This document shows positions 27,014 through 39,402 of a stretch of 64,000 bases of DNA, piece by piece. The notes under the pieces are model-generated. The model was not told the origin of the DNA, did not search any database, and worked only from the letters and a program-made list of their open reading frames with translations. A program made the translations under genes and the position numbers. This stretch comes from Parasitella parasitica NRRL 2501 (taxonomy: Eukaryota; Fungi; Mucoromycota): contig MU619254.1 of assembly GCA_025201805.1 (NCBI GenBank), positions 20,379 to 84,378 on the forward strand, given 5' to 3'. The first letter of the stretch is position 1. The number at the start of each line of letters is the position of its first letter.

Positions 27014-27277
27014 TTAATACAGCGATGTTGAAATGAGGTCCTTTTGAATGAAATCATCTGCGCTGTTGTTTGATAGACCAAAGATGGCGACTATCGAGGA
27101 GGAGGAGGAGGAAGCATTGGCGGCAGAGTGATTAGTAATGAAAATGGGATGACTTTTTTTGACGAGTTCCTCGGAAGAGTCTTCCAAAGATATTCGGCTG
27201 CTTGTTTGCTGCGAGGATGTGGAAGGCTTGATTGTATTCACTGAATTGCGTATTCCGTTAAAAATTCTTGAGAACAT
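27014..27277 (-). CDS. Small Ser-rich hypothetical protein (87 aa)
   Basis: ATG at 27277 (MFSRIFNGIRNS...) with a TATAAA about 45-50 nt upstream; no recognisable domain. Confidence 0.5.
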   Translation of the reverse strand: MFSRIFNGIRNSVNTIKPSTSSQQTSSRISLEDSSEELVKKSHPIFITNHSAANASSSSSSIVAIFGLSNNSADDFIQKDLISTSLY

Positions 27278-27587
27278 GTTTTGGATAAAGGTGAAAACGA
27301 GTTGATGCAGTTGTACGGTATTTATACCATTCCAAAAAGTCACGCCATCGTAGAGTAACACCACCATTACTAATCTCCTTCATACATCACTCAGCCAGTG
27401 CTTGCTACTGCCGAGAATCGCCTGCTGGTAGAGTGGGCAGTCCCACAGTAAGGCGCTTTATAACGTAGCTAGTTTGATTTTACGATTGAAACTGCAGTAT
27501 TTTATTGGTTTGATTAGATCCTTATTAAGCAATTTTCTTGTTTGAAAACAACATCCAGTATCTTTCCCATCAATCCACCATTATCGC

Positions 27588-29132
27588 ATGCCTTCCAAAA
27601 GAGACTCGCCTGTCTTACCTGGCACATGCGAATCAGTCAACGGTGATGATGACACCTTCACCGCACAAGAAATCACCCAAGAAGATAGCGTAAGCTAACA
27701 TTGTTACATTTTCCCATTCCTGCATATACGGTAGTACTAATGCTACTAACAAAAGCTGTTCTATACAGAAGTCGACGAACTCCAGATGCATGGTATCGGA
27801 GTAGCAGATATTACCAAACTCAAGATGGCAGGTGTTTGCACAGTAAGGGTAAGTAATAGCCAACTGCCTGCAATTACACTTTCGTTACAAATGATTCAAG
27901 GGCGTCCAAATGATGACCAAGAAAACTCTCTTGAAAATCAAGGGTTTATCCGAAACAAAGGTGGATAAAATAAAAGAAGCAGCTATTAAAAGCCAAGTAT
28001 GTTCAAGATATCGAAGGCTTTGCATGCTGTCTCATGCTCAAACGTAATAGGGCCCTGGCTTTGTCACAGCTAAAGAGATAGCTGTACAAAGGGAAAAGGT
28101 TGTCAAAATTTCAACCGGCAGTAAGCAGCTTGATGTATTACTCGGCGGTAGTGTATGCTTGTTTGCCCCGCAAAAACCTATTAATGCTGCGATGCAACAG
28201 GTGGAATCCAAACCATGTCCTTGACTGAAGTATTCGGGGAGTACAGAACCGGCAAAACTCAATTAGCCCATACGTTATGTGTGCAAGTTCAACTATCCGA
28301 AGGCGATGGAGGCGCCAATAGTAAAGCTGGTGAGCAGTATATATGATGTTGAAAAAAAAAAAAAAAAAAAAGGGTTTCTAAATTACATGCACAATATATA
28401 GCATACATTGATACGGAGGGTACATTTAGACCTGATCGCATTGTATCTATTGCAGATAGGTTTGGCGTAGATCCTGAAATTGTACTCGATAACATTGTGG
28501 TTGCTCGTGCATGGAACAGCGATCAACAAATGGACTTGATTAGTGAATTAGCCGCCCACTTTGCTGAGCAAAGAGGTGCTTATCGTCTTTTAGTCATTGA
28601 CTCCATCATTTCACTCTTTAGATGTGATTACTCTGGACGCGGTGAATTGGCCGACAGACAGCAGAAGCTTAATCAGATGCTGAGTCGTTTAACCAAGATA
28701 TCCGAAGAATACAATATCGCCGTATTCTTGACTAATCAAGTGTCATCTGATCCAGGAGGTTTGAAGCCTGTGTGTTGAGGAGAGTACCGCACAAATGACT
28801 AATGAGCATATGCTTGTATTAATATAGGAGGCATGACATTTGTCGCTGACCCAAAAAAGCCTGTTGGTGGACATGTATTGGCAAGTGTGCACAAAAACTT
28901 GTATTACAAATTACTAATATTACACTTATAGGCTCATGCGTAAGTCTCCATGCAAACCAAATGTGCTTGTAATTATTAATTATGTAAGCTATCTAGTTCT
29001 TCGACTCGTGTCTACTTAAGAAAGGGTAGAGGCGAAGAGAGAGTAGCCAAATTATTCGATTCACCTGATATGCCTGAAAGCGAAGCATCTTATGCCATCA
29101 ACAGTGGCGGTATCATCGATATCACTTTCTGA
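27588..29132 (+). CDS. DMC1: Meiosis-specific recombinase Dmc1, multi-exon
   Basis: [76 protein letters not shown] (DMC1-type rather than RAD51), [25 protein letters not shown]. Confidence 0.93.
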
Positions 29133-29239
29133 TCCTACACGTATGATCCTCACATTTGCTATATGATACCCTCAACACAGATGCACATTTGCATATGCTA
29201 ATATATAATAAACGCCTTTACCTTTATTCGCCATATAGT

Positions 29240-30119
29240 CTAGTTTTCCTTTTTCTTTTTCAGCTCACCTCGCATGTATCGCTTACGCTGATGCATCATG
29301 TGAGAAAATAAAACAGGGAAACCTAATGATGGATATGAGATTTAGATTGATTGGCTGCAAAAAGAAAAGATGCCGGTCGTTACCTGGAACGTATACGAGA
29401 GAAACAACGATTAATCCATAGTAATACAGAGGACTGATAGCCTTAGCGTAGGGTAATGCTTGATACACCATCATCATTTCGGAAAACACTCCTACGGGGT
29501 ACAGGACTAGAAAGAAATTATAACGAGCCCACATTACGACGCCCGGCACTTGTCCTCCACTGAGATGAAAGACATAAAAGATGTAGCGCACACATTCAGC
29601 AATAGACCATGCGATTACCATGGTGGAAAAAGACCAATGTGTATGGATCTCTGGCACAACATCGTTGACAGCCCATACCAAAAATAAACGGGATGCCACC
29701 TGCATGGCAGTTGTCATCAAAGGTGCTCTGACCCAACCCAGCAGAGAATGAAGCACCTACGACATGAATTATTCATGACAAGCACATCAGTGGCATTTTC
29801 AATTTATATATACCTCATATAAAGCAGCAGTTTGAACATAGCTTAAAGCAGGCCATGTAACATCAAACACATGTTTACAGTCGCCATGATTGTTGTAAAT
29901 CTCAGAAACTGTCAAAAAAAGTATCCAACACCAGCCCATAGTAGATACTTGGTTGTATGATAATAAATACCATTCAACAAAACTCTTGGGGCCTGGTGGT
30001 GGGGGGCGTTTTTCTTGACATTGTCTTTGTGTAGTATCTTGTGTCAAGATCAGCAAGAATTAGCGTGTTGTGCTATGCAATAATTGCGAATGAAAAACCT
30101 TACTATCACTCGTAGCCAT
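29240..30119 (-). CDS. PHS1: Very-long-chain 3-hydroxyacyl-CoA dehydratase (Phs1/PTPLA), 4 exons
   Basis: YLLSYN, VQTAALYEV, TTAMQVASR, AWSIAECVRY, WARYNFFLVLYPVGVFSE, HMMHQRKR and a basic tail. Confidence 0.92.
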
Positions 30120-31731
30120 CTTCAAGAAATGTTTGCCAACAAGAAACAAAAAAAATTAAAAGCTTTTTTTTTGTATCCATCCTCGGTGGTTAATCAAATC
30201 TACCGTCAAGATTTGTTAAAAAACACTTACTTTTAGACTACCAGTGCTTAAAGCTGGATTTAAACATGCTTGGTTTATCATCCTCAAATTCGACCAATTT
30301 TAGCATTTGACACCAAAACAAATAAATAATAATAAAAAAAAAACATATTGAAACTGATAAAATAAAATTAGTTAATTAACAATAATGTAAAAAAAAACAC
30401 AAGTCTTTTTCTCACAGTGTTTGTTATTGAAAGGTTTTTTTTTTGGCATGTTAATTGAATTTTCATTAGTTGGTTTTTCCGTGAGACGTCCTAAGGGAAT
30501 GACAGCTGAAAAATGCCTCTTTGTAAAATCTCAATTTTAATAAATCTCCTGTAAACTGAGCGACCTATTAAAATAAACACTTAAAAAATGGACCATGTAA
30601 CATATCTAAAAAGATCTATACCAGAATAATTCGTTATTTTGATATTGGTTTTTAACTAAAACACAAAGGTCTTTTTTTTTATCGTCTTAGCATGTTTATA
30701 ATTTTTTCTTTGTTATTTTTTGTTGCATGTAGATCAAGCCTGAGAGACTATGAAAACGAGCATTGGGATACTGATAATTGCCTGGAGATGTGTCGAGGTG
30801 TCCCTCAGCCTGCGCTTTATTGAGTGCGGAGGGGATCAGACGTTAATGGGATTGCATCAAGAACAGATTGGCAATGCTCTTTCCAAACATCAGCCAGGGA
30901 AGCGACAAGGGACAAGGATGTTGTGAGTGTGGTAGAGTAGTAGTGCCAGAGCAAAGCTCTACCGTGAGATATTGACTGTGCTGAAGGATCAGATGATCAA
31001 GTTCAGTGTGGTGGTTACTGGTCATCGATACTTTTGGATAAGCTATTTGCAATTATGATGTAACTATCGAATGGAGCACCGTCTTCGTTTCAAGACCAAA
31101 AAACAAATCCTCAGTGAGCCCTATAAGAATAATTAATCAACTTATTAAAGCACATCATCTGTTAATTTTTGAATCTATTTCTAGTTCATCTTTTCAATAG
31201 TCCAATATTGGCTTATTTACAAAGCTAAAAGGAAAGAATTCTTTCTCTCTCAACGCGCATCAACTTTACTTGAAAATCGAGACTTTCGAGACGGAATCTC
31301 ACGCATGCTTACTTTATCTTCTTTGACTGCAAACTTACAAATCTCTTACCTTTGCTGTCTACATCAGATACCCATCGTATGTCACAGATCTTTGATAAGA
31401 AGCTTTCTTTTCATATATGTAGCATATATGGACGCATAAAGTCCATATTTAAGCCGTGTCATAATATTTACAGCAACGCGTGATCAAATATAGCTGCACA
31501 CAGCCCACACAAGCCTCGCATAAGTATGCATTATCGATTGTGTTTAATTGAGAAAACAGGCCTATAACATAATACGTGATTCACATAATCAACTCCTTGT
31601 AATGCAACTCCATAATTCCACAGAAAAGCAAAGGCCCTGCTGATCATAATCCGCATATTAAATTAGAATAAACATTGAATTCGTCTCCTTTTCTTCTTTC
31701 CTTGTTATCCTTGTTTCTTACATCATATATA

Positions 31732-33130
31732 ATGAACATTGAAAGCAGTCTGGAGAAGATATCACAGACCCTGCAAAATTGGATTCAACAAAACGTTAGT
31801 TTGGCCGCTACAGTGGCAGACTTTTTTCAAAGCAACGCACAAAAACAAGACAGACTCCTCTTGACGGTTGCTGCAGGTGCGAGCGTTTTATTGTTGTATA
31901 TAGCTTCTGTTCGACATCTGCGATACAAAAGCATCAATGAAATCCGCAAAAAATACCCAAATCCTCAAGATGTGTTGGACAATATCGATATTGCTCGACA
32001 AGTCAATGCCATTACTATGAGAAAAGAGTTTCCCTGTAATTATCCGTGATGTTTTTGCACTGAGAATCATACATTTACCAATTTACATGTAGTTCTAGGA
32101 CGAGAAGGCGCAGAACTGGCTTTGTTTAAAACCTTTACCATCCCTACTATATCCAAATTATTAGCTGCCACAGGTGAATTTAAAAACCATTGTACTCGCA
32201 GAGCAGAAGATACCGAACTCATATTGCTCGAGCTTACCGAGACTTATTCTAGAATCCAAAAGCAACTTGCAAAGGATCCCAACACACCAGAGGAGCATGT
32301 TAAAGCACAATGGCAGAGACCGGATATGGCAGCGGCAAGATTAAATGAGATACATGGAAAATACAGTACCATTTTGAATGATGACTATATATACACTTTA
32401 GCGCTATTGATTTATGAGCCTGCATTGTGGATTAACCGATATGAATGGAGACAACTGGATGAGCGAGAGATTAACGTATGTTTTTCTTTTAAAAAAAAAG
32501 TGAATAATGATATGTTCTAAACGGTTGGGTCTGATTTAGGCCATATTCCGGGTGTGGTATGAAGTAGGTGTAGCAATGCAGATCAAAGATATCCCTGATA
32601 CACCAGAAAAGATGCTTACTTTCAAAAATGTAAGGCTTAGAGACTCATTATTTTTGTTTGTGGAAATATTAATGTCGAGGATCTGGTTTAATATAAAATA
32701 GAGATATGCGGATGAGCATATAAAGTATGCGCCCAGCAATTGGAAATGCGGTGAACCTACTTTTCGTCATCTTCTGTCTAGCATCCCATCATTTCTTAGG
32801 GAACCCCTTTATAAATTTGGTCTTCATTTACTGCCTTCTATTCTTGATCCTGCTGATGCTATAGCATTTCAGCTACCACAAGAATCCAAAGTCCTAACAC
32901 TCATATTCAAGTCAATAATGCATGCTCGCGCTTTGTTTATCCGACATTTAATGTTGCCAAGATCAACATTTACTAGTAGAACACCATTCTATCCAAACAG
33001 CAAAGGAAAATACGTACCTGAAATTTTCTACTACAAACCTCGCATCTACGAAGATGGCTACAGCATTTCAGAGCTCGGCCCTGAAAAGTTTAAAAACGAT
33101 ACAAGTTCAAAATGTCCCATGATGCATTAA
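31732..33130 (+). CDS. ER-bound oxygenase MpaB/DUF2236 (Lcp-like catalytic domain), 4 exons
   Basis: N-terminal TM followed by VRHLRY; LFKTFTIPTISKLLAATG, RRAEDT, RLNEIH, NDDYIYTL, WINRYEWRQL, MQIKDIP. Confidence 0.8.
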
Positions 33131-33416
33131 AGTGTGATCTATTTCTTTTTAATAATTTGCAGTTCAAGATGAAAAATAAGTTATAAGAGTTGTGTATATA
33201 CAAATATATAATATATAATGAGATAAAGAGAAGGGAGAAGGGAGAAGGTAGAAAAAAGAGTAGGGATTGGAAAAATGATGCTGCTATGTAATAATGCTTT
33301 TTTGCTTCATATAAAGAATCTTGGAAATTGATGATTTTTTTCTTGCCAGGATAAAAAAAAAGGGGGGGGGGTAATAATAAGTATCAAGCAATTGATGAAA
33401 TAAATATGAGATTAGT

Positions 33417-34646
33417 TTAGAATAGCCAAGGATGAAAAAAAGTCTTTTGCTGTTGTTGCTGTTGTTGCTGCTGCTGTTGATGTTCAGGAGCTACTTGGAA
33501 ATTCGAAAAAGGAAAATTTACATAATTGCGAAGAGGACATCGAGCAGGCGGTTGTTCTTCTTCCGGTGATTCAAGATCAAATAAAAGCTGATGAGGTAGC
33601 AAACTCTCAGCATTCGAGGGCAACAGGGAATCTTCAGGGTCAAAAGTGCTGCTGAATTGATGCATCATCCGATTTCTCTTTGGGAATACATTTGTCTCAA
33701 ATCCAGAGAGTGGAGACATATTACTGCTGTCCAAGAACCAACTCTGCTCAAGTAGCTTTTTATTCTCGGCGGAAAAGATGGATTCTTGCCTCATATTGAC
33801 TATATCTTGCTTTTGAACATTGAGCTTTTCAGCAATAGCAGCAGCCTCATCCTTCTGTCTTTTCTCTTCCTCTTCTTTTTCGAGGTTCTTCATTTCAAGA
33901 GCATCGCCGGGAAGGTTGAAATGTCTAAATGTACAACGAGATCCGTAGGGACAAGAGCCAGTTTGATGATAAGTACGGCACTTTTGAGTCTTGTATTTAG
34001 GGTGGCGGTCAATTTCACGCAAATCAGCAGCACCATGAGCGTATTGGCACTTGTTTCCGTATCTACAGTGGCCACTTTCCTCCCAGTTGCGACATAATTC
34101 TGTCTTGTAGAGACTCTTTTGTTTCTTTTCAGAGTCATCCTGGTTGTCTGCTGATTTTTTGTTGGGGAATTTAGTTGATTTCTTTGAAGATTTGATTGAT
34201 TCACTGTCAGAATCAAGTTCTTCTTTTTTGTCTATTAAGGTTGTTTGTCAGCAAATGAAATGAAATCATTGGTGTTACCCATCCCCTAAAAAAACAAAGA
34301 CAGAGGGCCTTGTCTTCTCTCCAAATAACACGATATACTTACTTTTTGTTTCACGCTTCCTCTGGTAGTTATTAACAATGGGTTTTGCTGCTTTGAGGTC
34401 ATTCCCAACAGCTGATTGCTTGCAGTGATGAGAGCTGCGATCACTTTCTTCTTCTGAAAGACAAGGGCTGACATCTGAAGATTCGATAGAGGATGACTTG
34501 GAATTTTTACGTCCAGAAATTTCCAGATAGTTATCAAACAAACGTTCATCGATCTCTTCGTAGCTGTTGCTGAACTGATGCTCTTTGGTGAAGCTTAGCC
34601 CAAATGCTTTACGAGGAGAAACTGATAAGATATGAGAAGTGTTCAT
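33417..34646 (-). CDS. Tandem CCCH zinc-finger ARE-binding protein (TTP/Cth1/Cth2/Zfs1 family), 2 exons
   Basis: [26 protein letters not shown] ... [26 protein letters not shown]; poly-Q near the C-terminus. Confidence 0.92.
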
Positions 34647-37221
34647 GTAAATTATTAAAGCGAGTGAGAAAACAGCCAAAAAAAATTAAACATTTCAAAA
34701 AGATTTGGGGTTCTTTATATAAGCATTTTGAATAGAGTCACTCCACTTTTTCATGCTTTTTTAGTATTCATGGGGGGGGGGAGATTCACCTTCTCCGATG
34801 TGTCGCTGGCTGTGCTGCCGTAAGCCATTTATGGCATATCACTGGATCTGTCTGTAAGATAATTTGTGTGGTGAGTCTCACGTACATAATGGCATGCTTT
34901 TTAACAAGTTTCTCGGAGTTGTCTAATCTGATAATCATATCACAGTTTTTCCGTTGAATGGTATCGTACCTATGTATATAGGTATACTGACAAAGGCGTT
35001 CCCATACAAACATTACATCACTAGTATTAAGACAGACTTGAGAAAAGAAAAAAAAAAAAAAAGTATATAATCCACGTTATAATGTACATCGCAGCTGGAG
35101 CGTTTATCTGTATGCGCAGTCAATGTAAAGCCATTGACACATGAGAGGACAAAAACACCGCCAAGAGAAATACCCAGGCACCAAACAAAGAAGTAAATCA
35201 TCATATGTCCAACTCAACAGTTACCATGCGAAATGGCTTGCAGTCGTTACATTAACTACGTTTATGTCAACTGGATTAATGGCCTCCAAACTGTAGGCAA
35301 TCTTAAACAGAACTTTGGCGCTCCTTCTCGGCAGAAACAGAGAAAACGGTCGGCGTTAGATCAACAAGTCATTCAAGGTTTCAAAGGGTATTATGGAGGT
35401 AAGCACAATGAACGCAGAAAAGCATGTTGCTATGAATAAAATGTCCATATTTAGCTCAAAGGGTAGAAATACAATTTATTCGTGTGACAATATTCAGCAA
35501 CAATGGGCCTTGAGATTTTTATGGAAAAAAAGGCGCCCCAACATCCCCCCTAGTTGAGCGTGATCGATAGGCTTGAATGAAATGAGGAACATGGTGCCAC
35601 ATCTGCATACGTTATTTGATCGCCGTTCATTCCCTGTAGCCATGACGTTATAGTATCCAAAAACAAAAAAGGACTGAGCGCCACTTGCTTGGGGATACCA
35701 TTACATACGAATTTATCCTTCATCAGGACGAGAATCCCCAGGAAAAATTACAAAGCACACTATATATGAGTTGCATTTGTACCCTGCACAATTGACGTGG
35801 CAGGATAAAGTTAAACAAACAGATGAGACATTCAAAAAGTATGGAATCCATACTACACATGAGCACAATGCGTTTGAGATATGTTGTCGTACCTAAACTA
35901 ATCCCAATTGACTCCACTTCAATCTCCAGTGTGATACAGTAGCTTCATCTTCTTCCTCCAAATTAGACATTATGCTTTTCTCTCGCCACCTTCTCATTAC
36001 CACCCTTTTGTACATTGAACCAATTCACCTTTAGGCTTGCCCTGGACAATTCAGTACTCGAAGTTATCATGTGCTCGCTATGGGAAATAATAATAAAAAA
36101 AGAAAAAAAAAAAACTTTCCAACCCTTAGCAAATTATGTTAAATTGTAGAAAACCGACCCAGATAGATTAGATGTGTGCACCTCTTTCAACTTGTCGACT
36201 ATCTTTTATCAATAAAATGAAAGGCTCGAATGCAACGGACAATTTTTTGATATGTATATTGATGATACTGATGAGTATCTTATTTGTGTTGACGGCAGAC
36301 GCACTCTCAGCAGGGCAGGTAGAAACAGAGAGCTAGTTTATTAATTATAGAGTAGAGTCTGATAAAAAAAAGGGGGGCGTCAAATCCCCCAGTTAAATTA
36401 CTTTTATTGATTAAGGTATTCAACTCTTTGTTTGGCAACTTTATTGATAACTATAACACAATTTCAATATTATATTATGCTTTCTTTTTTTTTAATCTTT
36501 TGACATATTTATAGATTTGGTATATATTATAATCAAGAAAGAGAAAAGCAAATGAATTAACCTGATAAATGTATAAATAATGGAGTGAATTTCTTTTTAC
36601 AAATGATTTTATTGCACTATATTATTTTTGACAATAAGTCTTAATAGAATAGTTGGATTCAAACTAATATTTTTTTCAAAATATTAAAAGGATAAATAAC
36701 TTACTTTGAAGTATAATAATGAAACAAACACTTCCTCAAAACTATCAATGTCAAAGAAACATCTAGCGGGTGATGATTCTTTGACTATGTTCAACTGTTA
36801 ATTCTGGGTTTTTTTAAATAACAAACTTCACCATCCTCAAGAAAAATTGCATGATTGATCAGCCTGAAATCTTGTAATAGATGATATGCTAAAACAGGGA
36901 CCGGGCTCATTCATCCTTCAATCAAGCATCCAAAGAAAAACATATTTACGGTTAAACAATGATGACTAACGTAGTCCATTTCTATACGACATAAACCCTT
37001 GCAAGTCTGTCAATTTGAAATTCTACATCCATGATCATTCGACCACATATGGCATGTACGGAACCGGTACATCTTGGAGGAAACCATGCCTTCACAACGT
37101 CACATTGTGACAATGGTTTAGCAACTTTTTTTTTTCTCCTCGAGCATCTGGTTCCTACAAAACATGCGAAAGCTGGGTATTCCTTGCGCGCGAGTGTGTC
37201 AAACATATCATCCGTTTTAAA

Positions 37222-39093
37222 ATGCTTTTCGAAAAACCCAAGCACCATTATCACCATCGTGTCAGCGAGTTCCAAGCTGTTGTTCTTGCTGGCTATGGTA
37301 GCAGTAACAGGTAGTCTGTAATCTGGAAGCCACATGTGTAAACTTTCCTCACAACAGTCGATAGACTTTACCCCATCTCTGAAGAAGACAGCATGCCAAA
37401 GGCATTACTACCTGTTGGTAACAAGCCAGTGATTTCCTATACTTTAGAATGGCTTGAGAAGGCCGGTATTTATGGTAAATTTCGTCAGAGCTAGAGGAAT
37501 ACTTTTGAGATGCCAACTGTTTTGTAGATGTCATTGTCGTAATTCAAGCTATTGGAAGCTCCCCACAGAAACTGTCGGCTTATCTCAAAACCTATCCTGG
37601 AAATGTGCATTGCCAAGTTGTTAGTGTGGATGAAGATGATGAAACAGCTGATGCGCTAAGAGCCATCAAAGACAAGATTGATGTAACTATAGAAACAGAT
37701 AAGTATGAACAGGTATTAATATCTGCATTCGCTCTAGAGAGATTTCCTTGTGGTTCCTTGCGATCTGATCACTGAACTCGACCCTTGCGATTTGCTTGAT
37801 GCACACAGAGTATACGACCCTACTTTTACTGCGTTGTTTTATGAGCCTGGATCAAGCGAGAGTGCAAGTAAAGATGACGGTAAAACAAGGCTATGGTGTC
37901 AATCAGCAATGCAATCTGACTCTATTCCATAATACAGATCTTTTACCCTATGTCGGCATCGACTCTACACGTAATGCGCTTGTTTATAAGGCACTCCGAT
38001 CAGAAGACGACGATTTCTCTATGCGCATGTCTTTATTAAACAAGTAAACAAAGAGATACGCATACCAATATCAGGCGACCCTCCTTACCAACAATTCTTA
38101 ATATAGATTTTCCCGCGTAAGAGTTCACACAGACTTACAAGATGCACACTTGTATATCTTCAAGCGATGGGTTATTGATATGTTGGCTGACAAGGAGAAA
38201 ATTACAAGCATTTCAAAGGATCTGATACCATTGTTAGTCAAGTGTCAATATCAAAAAAAATTAGTCGAAAGAGAAGAGATCGAGAAATGTTTGTATAGGC
38301 TTGGCTACTGTCGATTATGAAACTGATTCAAAGCGTTTAGATTCGTCGACCTATGAAAATTTGCTTGCAAATGCACTTTCCCTTTCTACAACGCAGTCTG
38401 CTGATGTAGACGATGACTTATATATGAACGACCCCATTCATCCTAGCTTTGAAAGCCCAATTAAAACGTATGTGCATGTTTATCGCGGAGGCTTCTGTGG
38501 TCGAGGCAATACAACTGCCAGTTACAACGAACTGAATCGTAATGTAAGTAAAACCAACTTTTTCAAAGTGGGATCAAATAGGCTTACAACACTCCTTTCT
38601 TGCAATAGGCAACAAAGCAGGGCGCCTCGATCACCCGCGTACCTTCTAGTGCAGAAGTTGCTCCCAGAACTCAAGTCGGTAACGATTCGATCGTCGGTGA
38701 ATCCACAAAAATTGATGAAAGATCCTCTGTAAAGAAATCCTGTGTTGGCTCATACTGTGTCATTGGAAAGAACGTTAAGATTATTAATTCCGTTATTATG
38801 GACCACGTGGTGATTGGCGACAAGTAAGCATTGTGTTCAGGAGTATTGTGAATGTAACATGTATGTTAATTCGCTGTTCTGTAGCGTCAAAATTGAGGGA
38901 TGTATCATCTGTAAGAATGCTCAGATCCACGAAAAGGCTTCTCTAAAGGACTGCGATGTTGCTTACGGATATATTGTGCAAAAAGACAGTAAGTATTTCT
39001 TTGTGTAAAGCCTTTTGATATATTATGTTAAATATGATCGCATTAGGTGTATTGAAGGGGGAGAAACTAGTTGATTTTAGAGAAGCTATTTAA
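37222..39093 (+). CDS. GCD1: Translation initiation factor eIF2B gamma subunit, multi-exon
   Basis: EFQAVVLAGYGSSN|RLYP...PKALLPVGNKPVISYTLEWLE, TADALR, FLVVPCDLI, DLQDAHLYIFKRWV and C-terminal hexapeptide (LbH) repeats. Confidence 0.9.
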
Positions 39094-39402
39094 TGTAGTG
39101 CAATATAGAAAAAAAAAAATTGAATCATCTGAGAACTGTATAACAGTTATCATTGTGAACACATAAACAAACACACACCCAAAAAGCGTAAATGGCTTGT
39201 TTTCGACCCCTTTTAACTTAATTTGTGTAGCTCAAGGCGCACAAACAGACAAGTGCAACATTACTCGACTGTAATCGTGCTGAATACCTGAAAGCAGCTG
39301 TGTGTAGCTTTTTTTTTTTTTTTTTTTGCATAAGGTAAAAAAACTACCTTGATTTCTCTTTCTCTCTTCATCTTTATCTTTCTTGCTTCTTTACTTTATA
39401 AA

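Noticed and set aside
14422-39093. GCN4, GLY1, the PQ-loop transporter and eIF2B-gamma within 25 kb as an amino-acid-control cluster
   Set aside because: They are interleaved with unrelated genes, and I saw no full TGACTCA site upstream of GLY1, the transporter or GCD1. Probably coincidence without synteny data.
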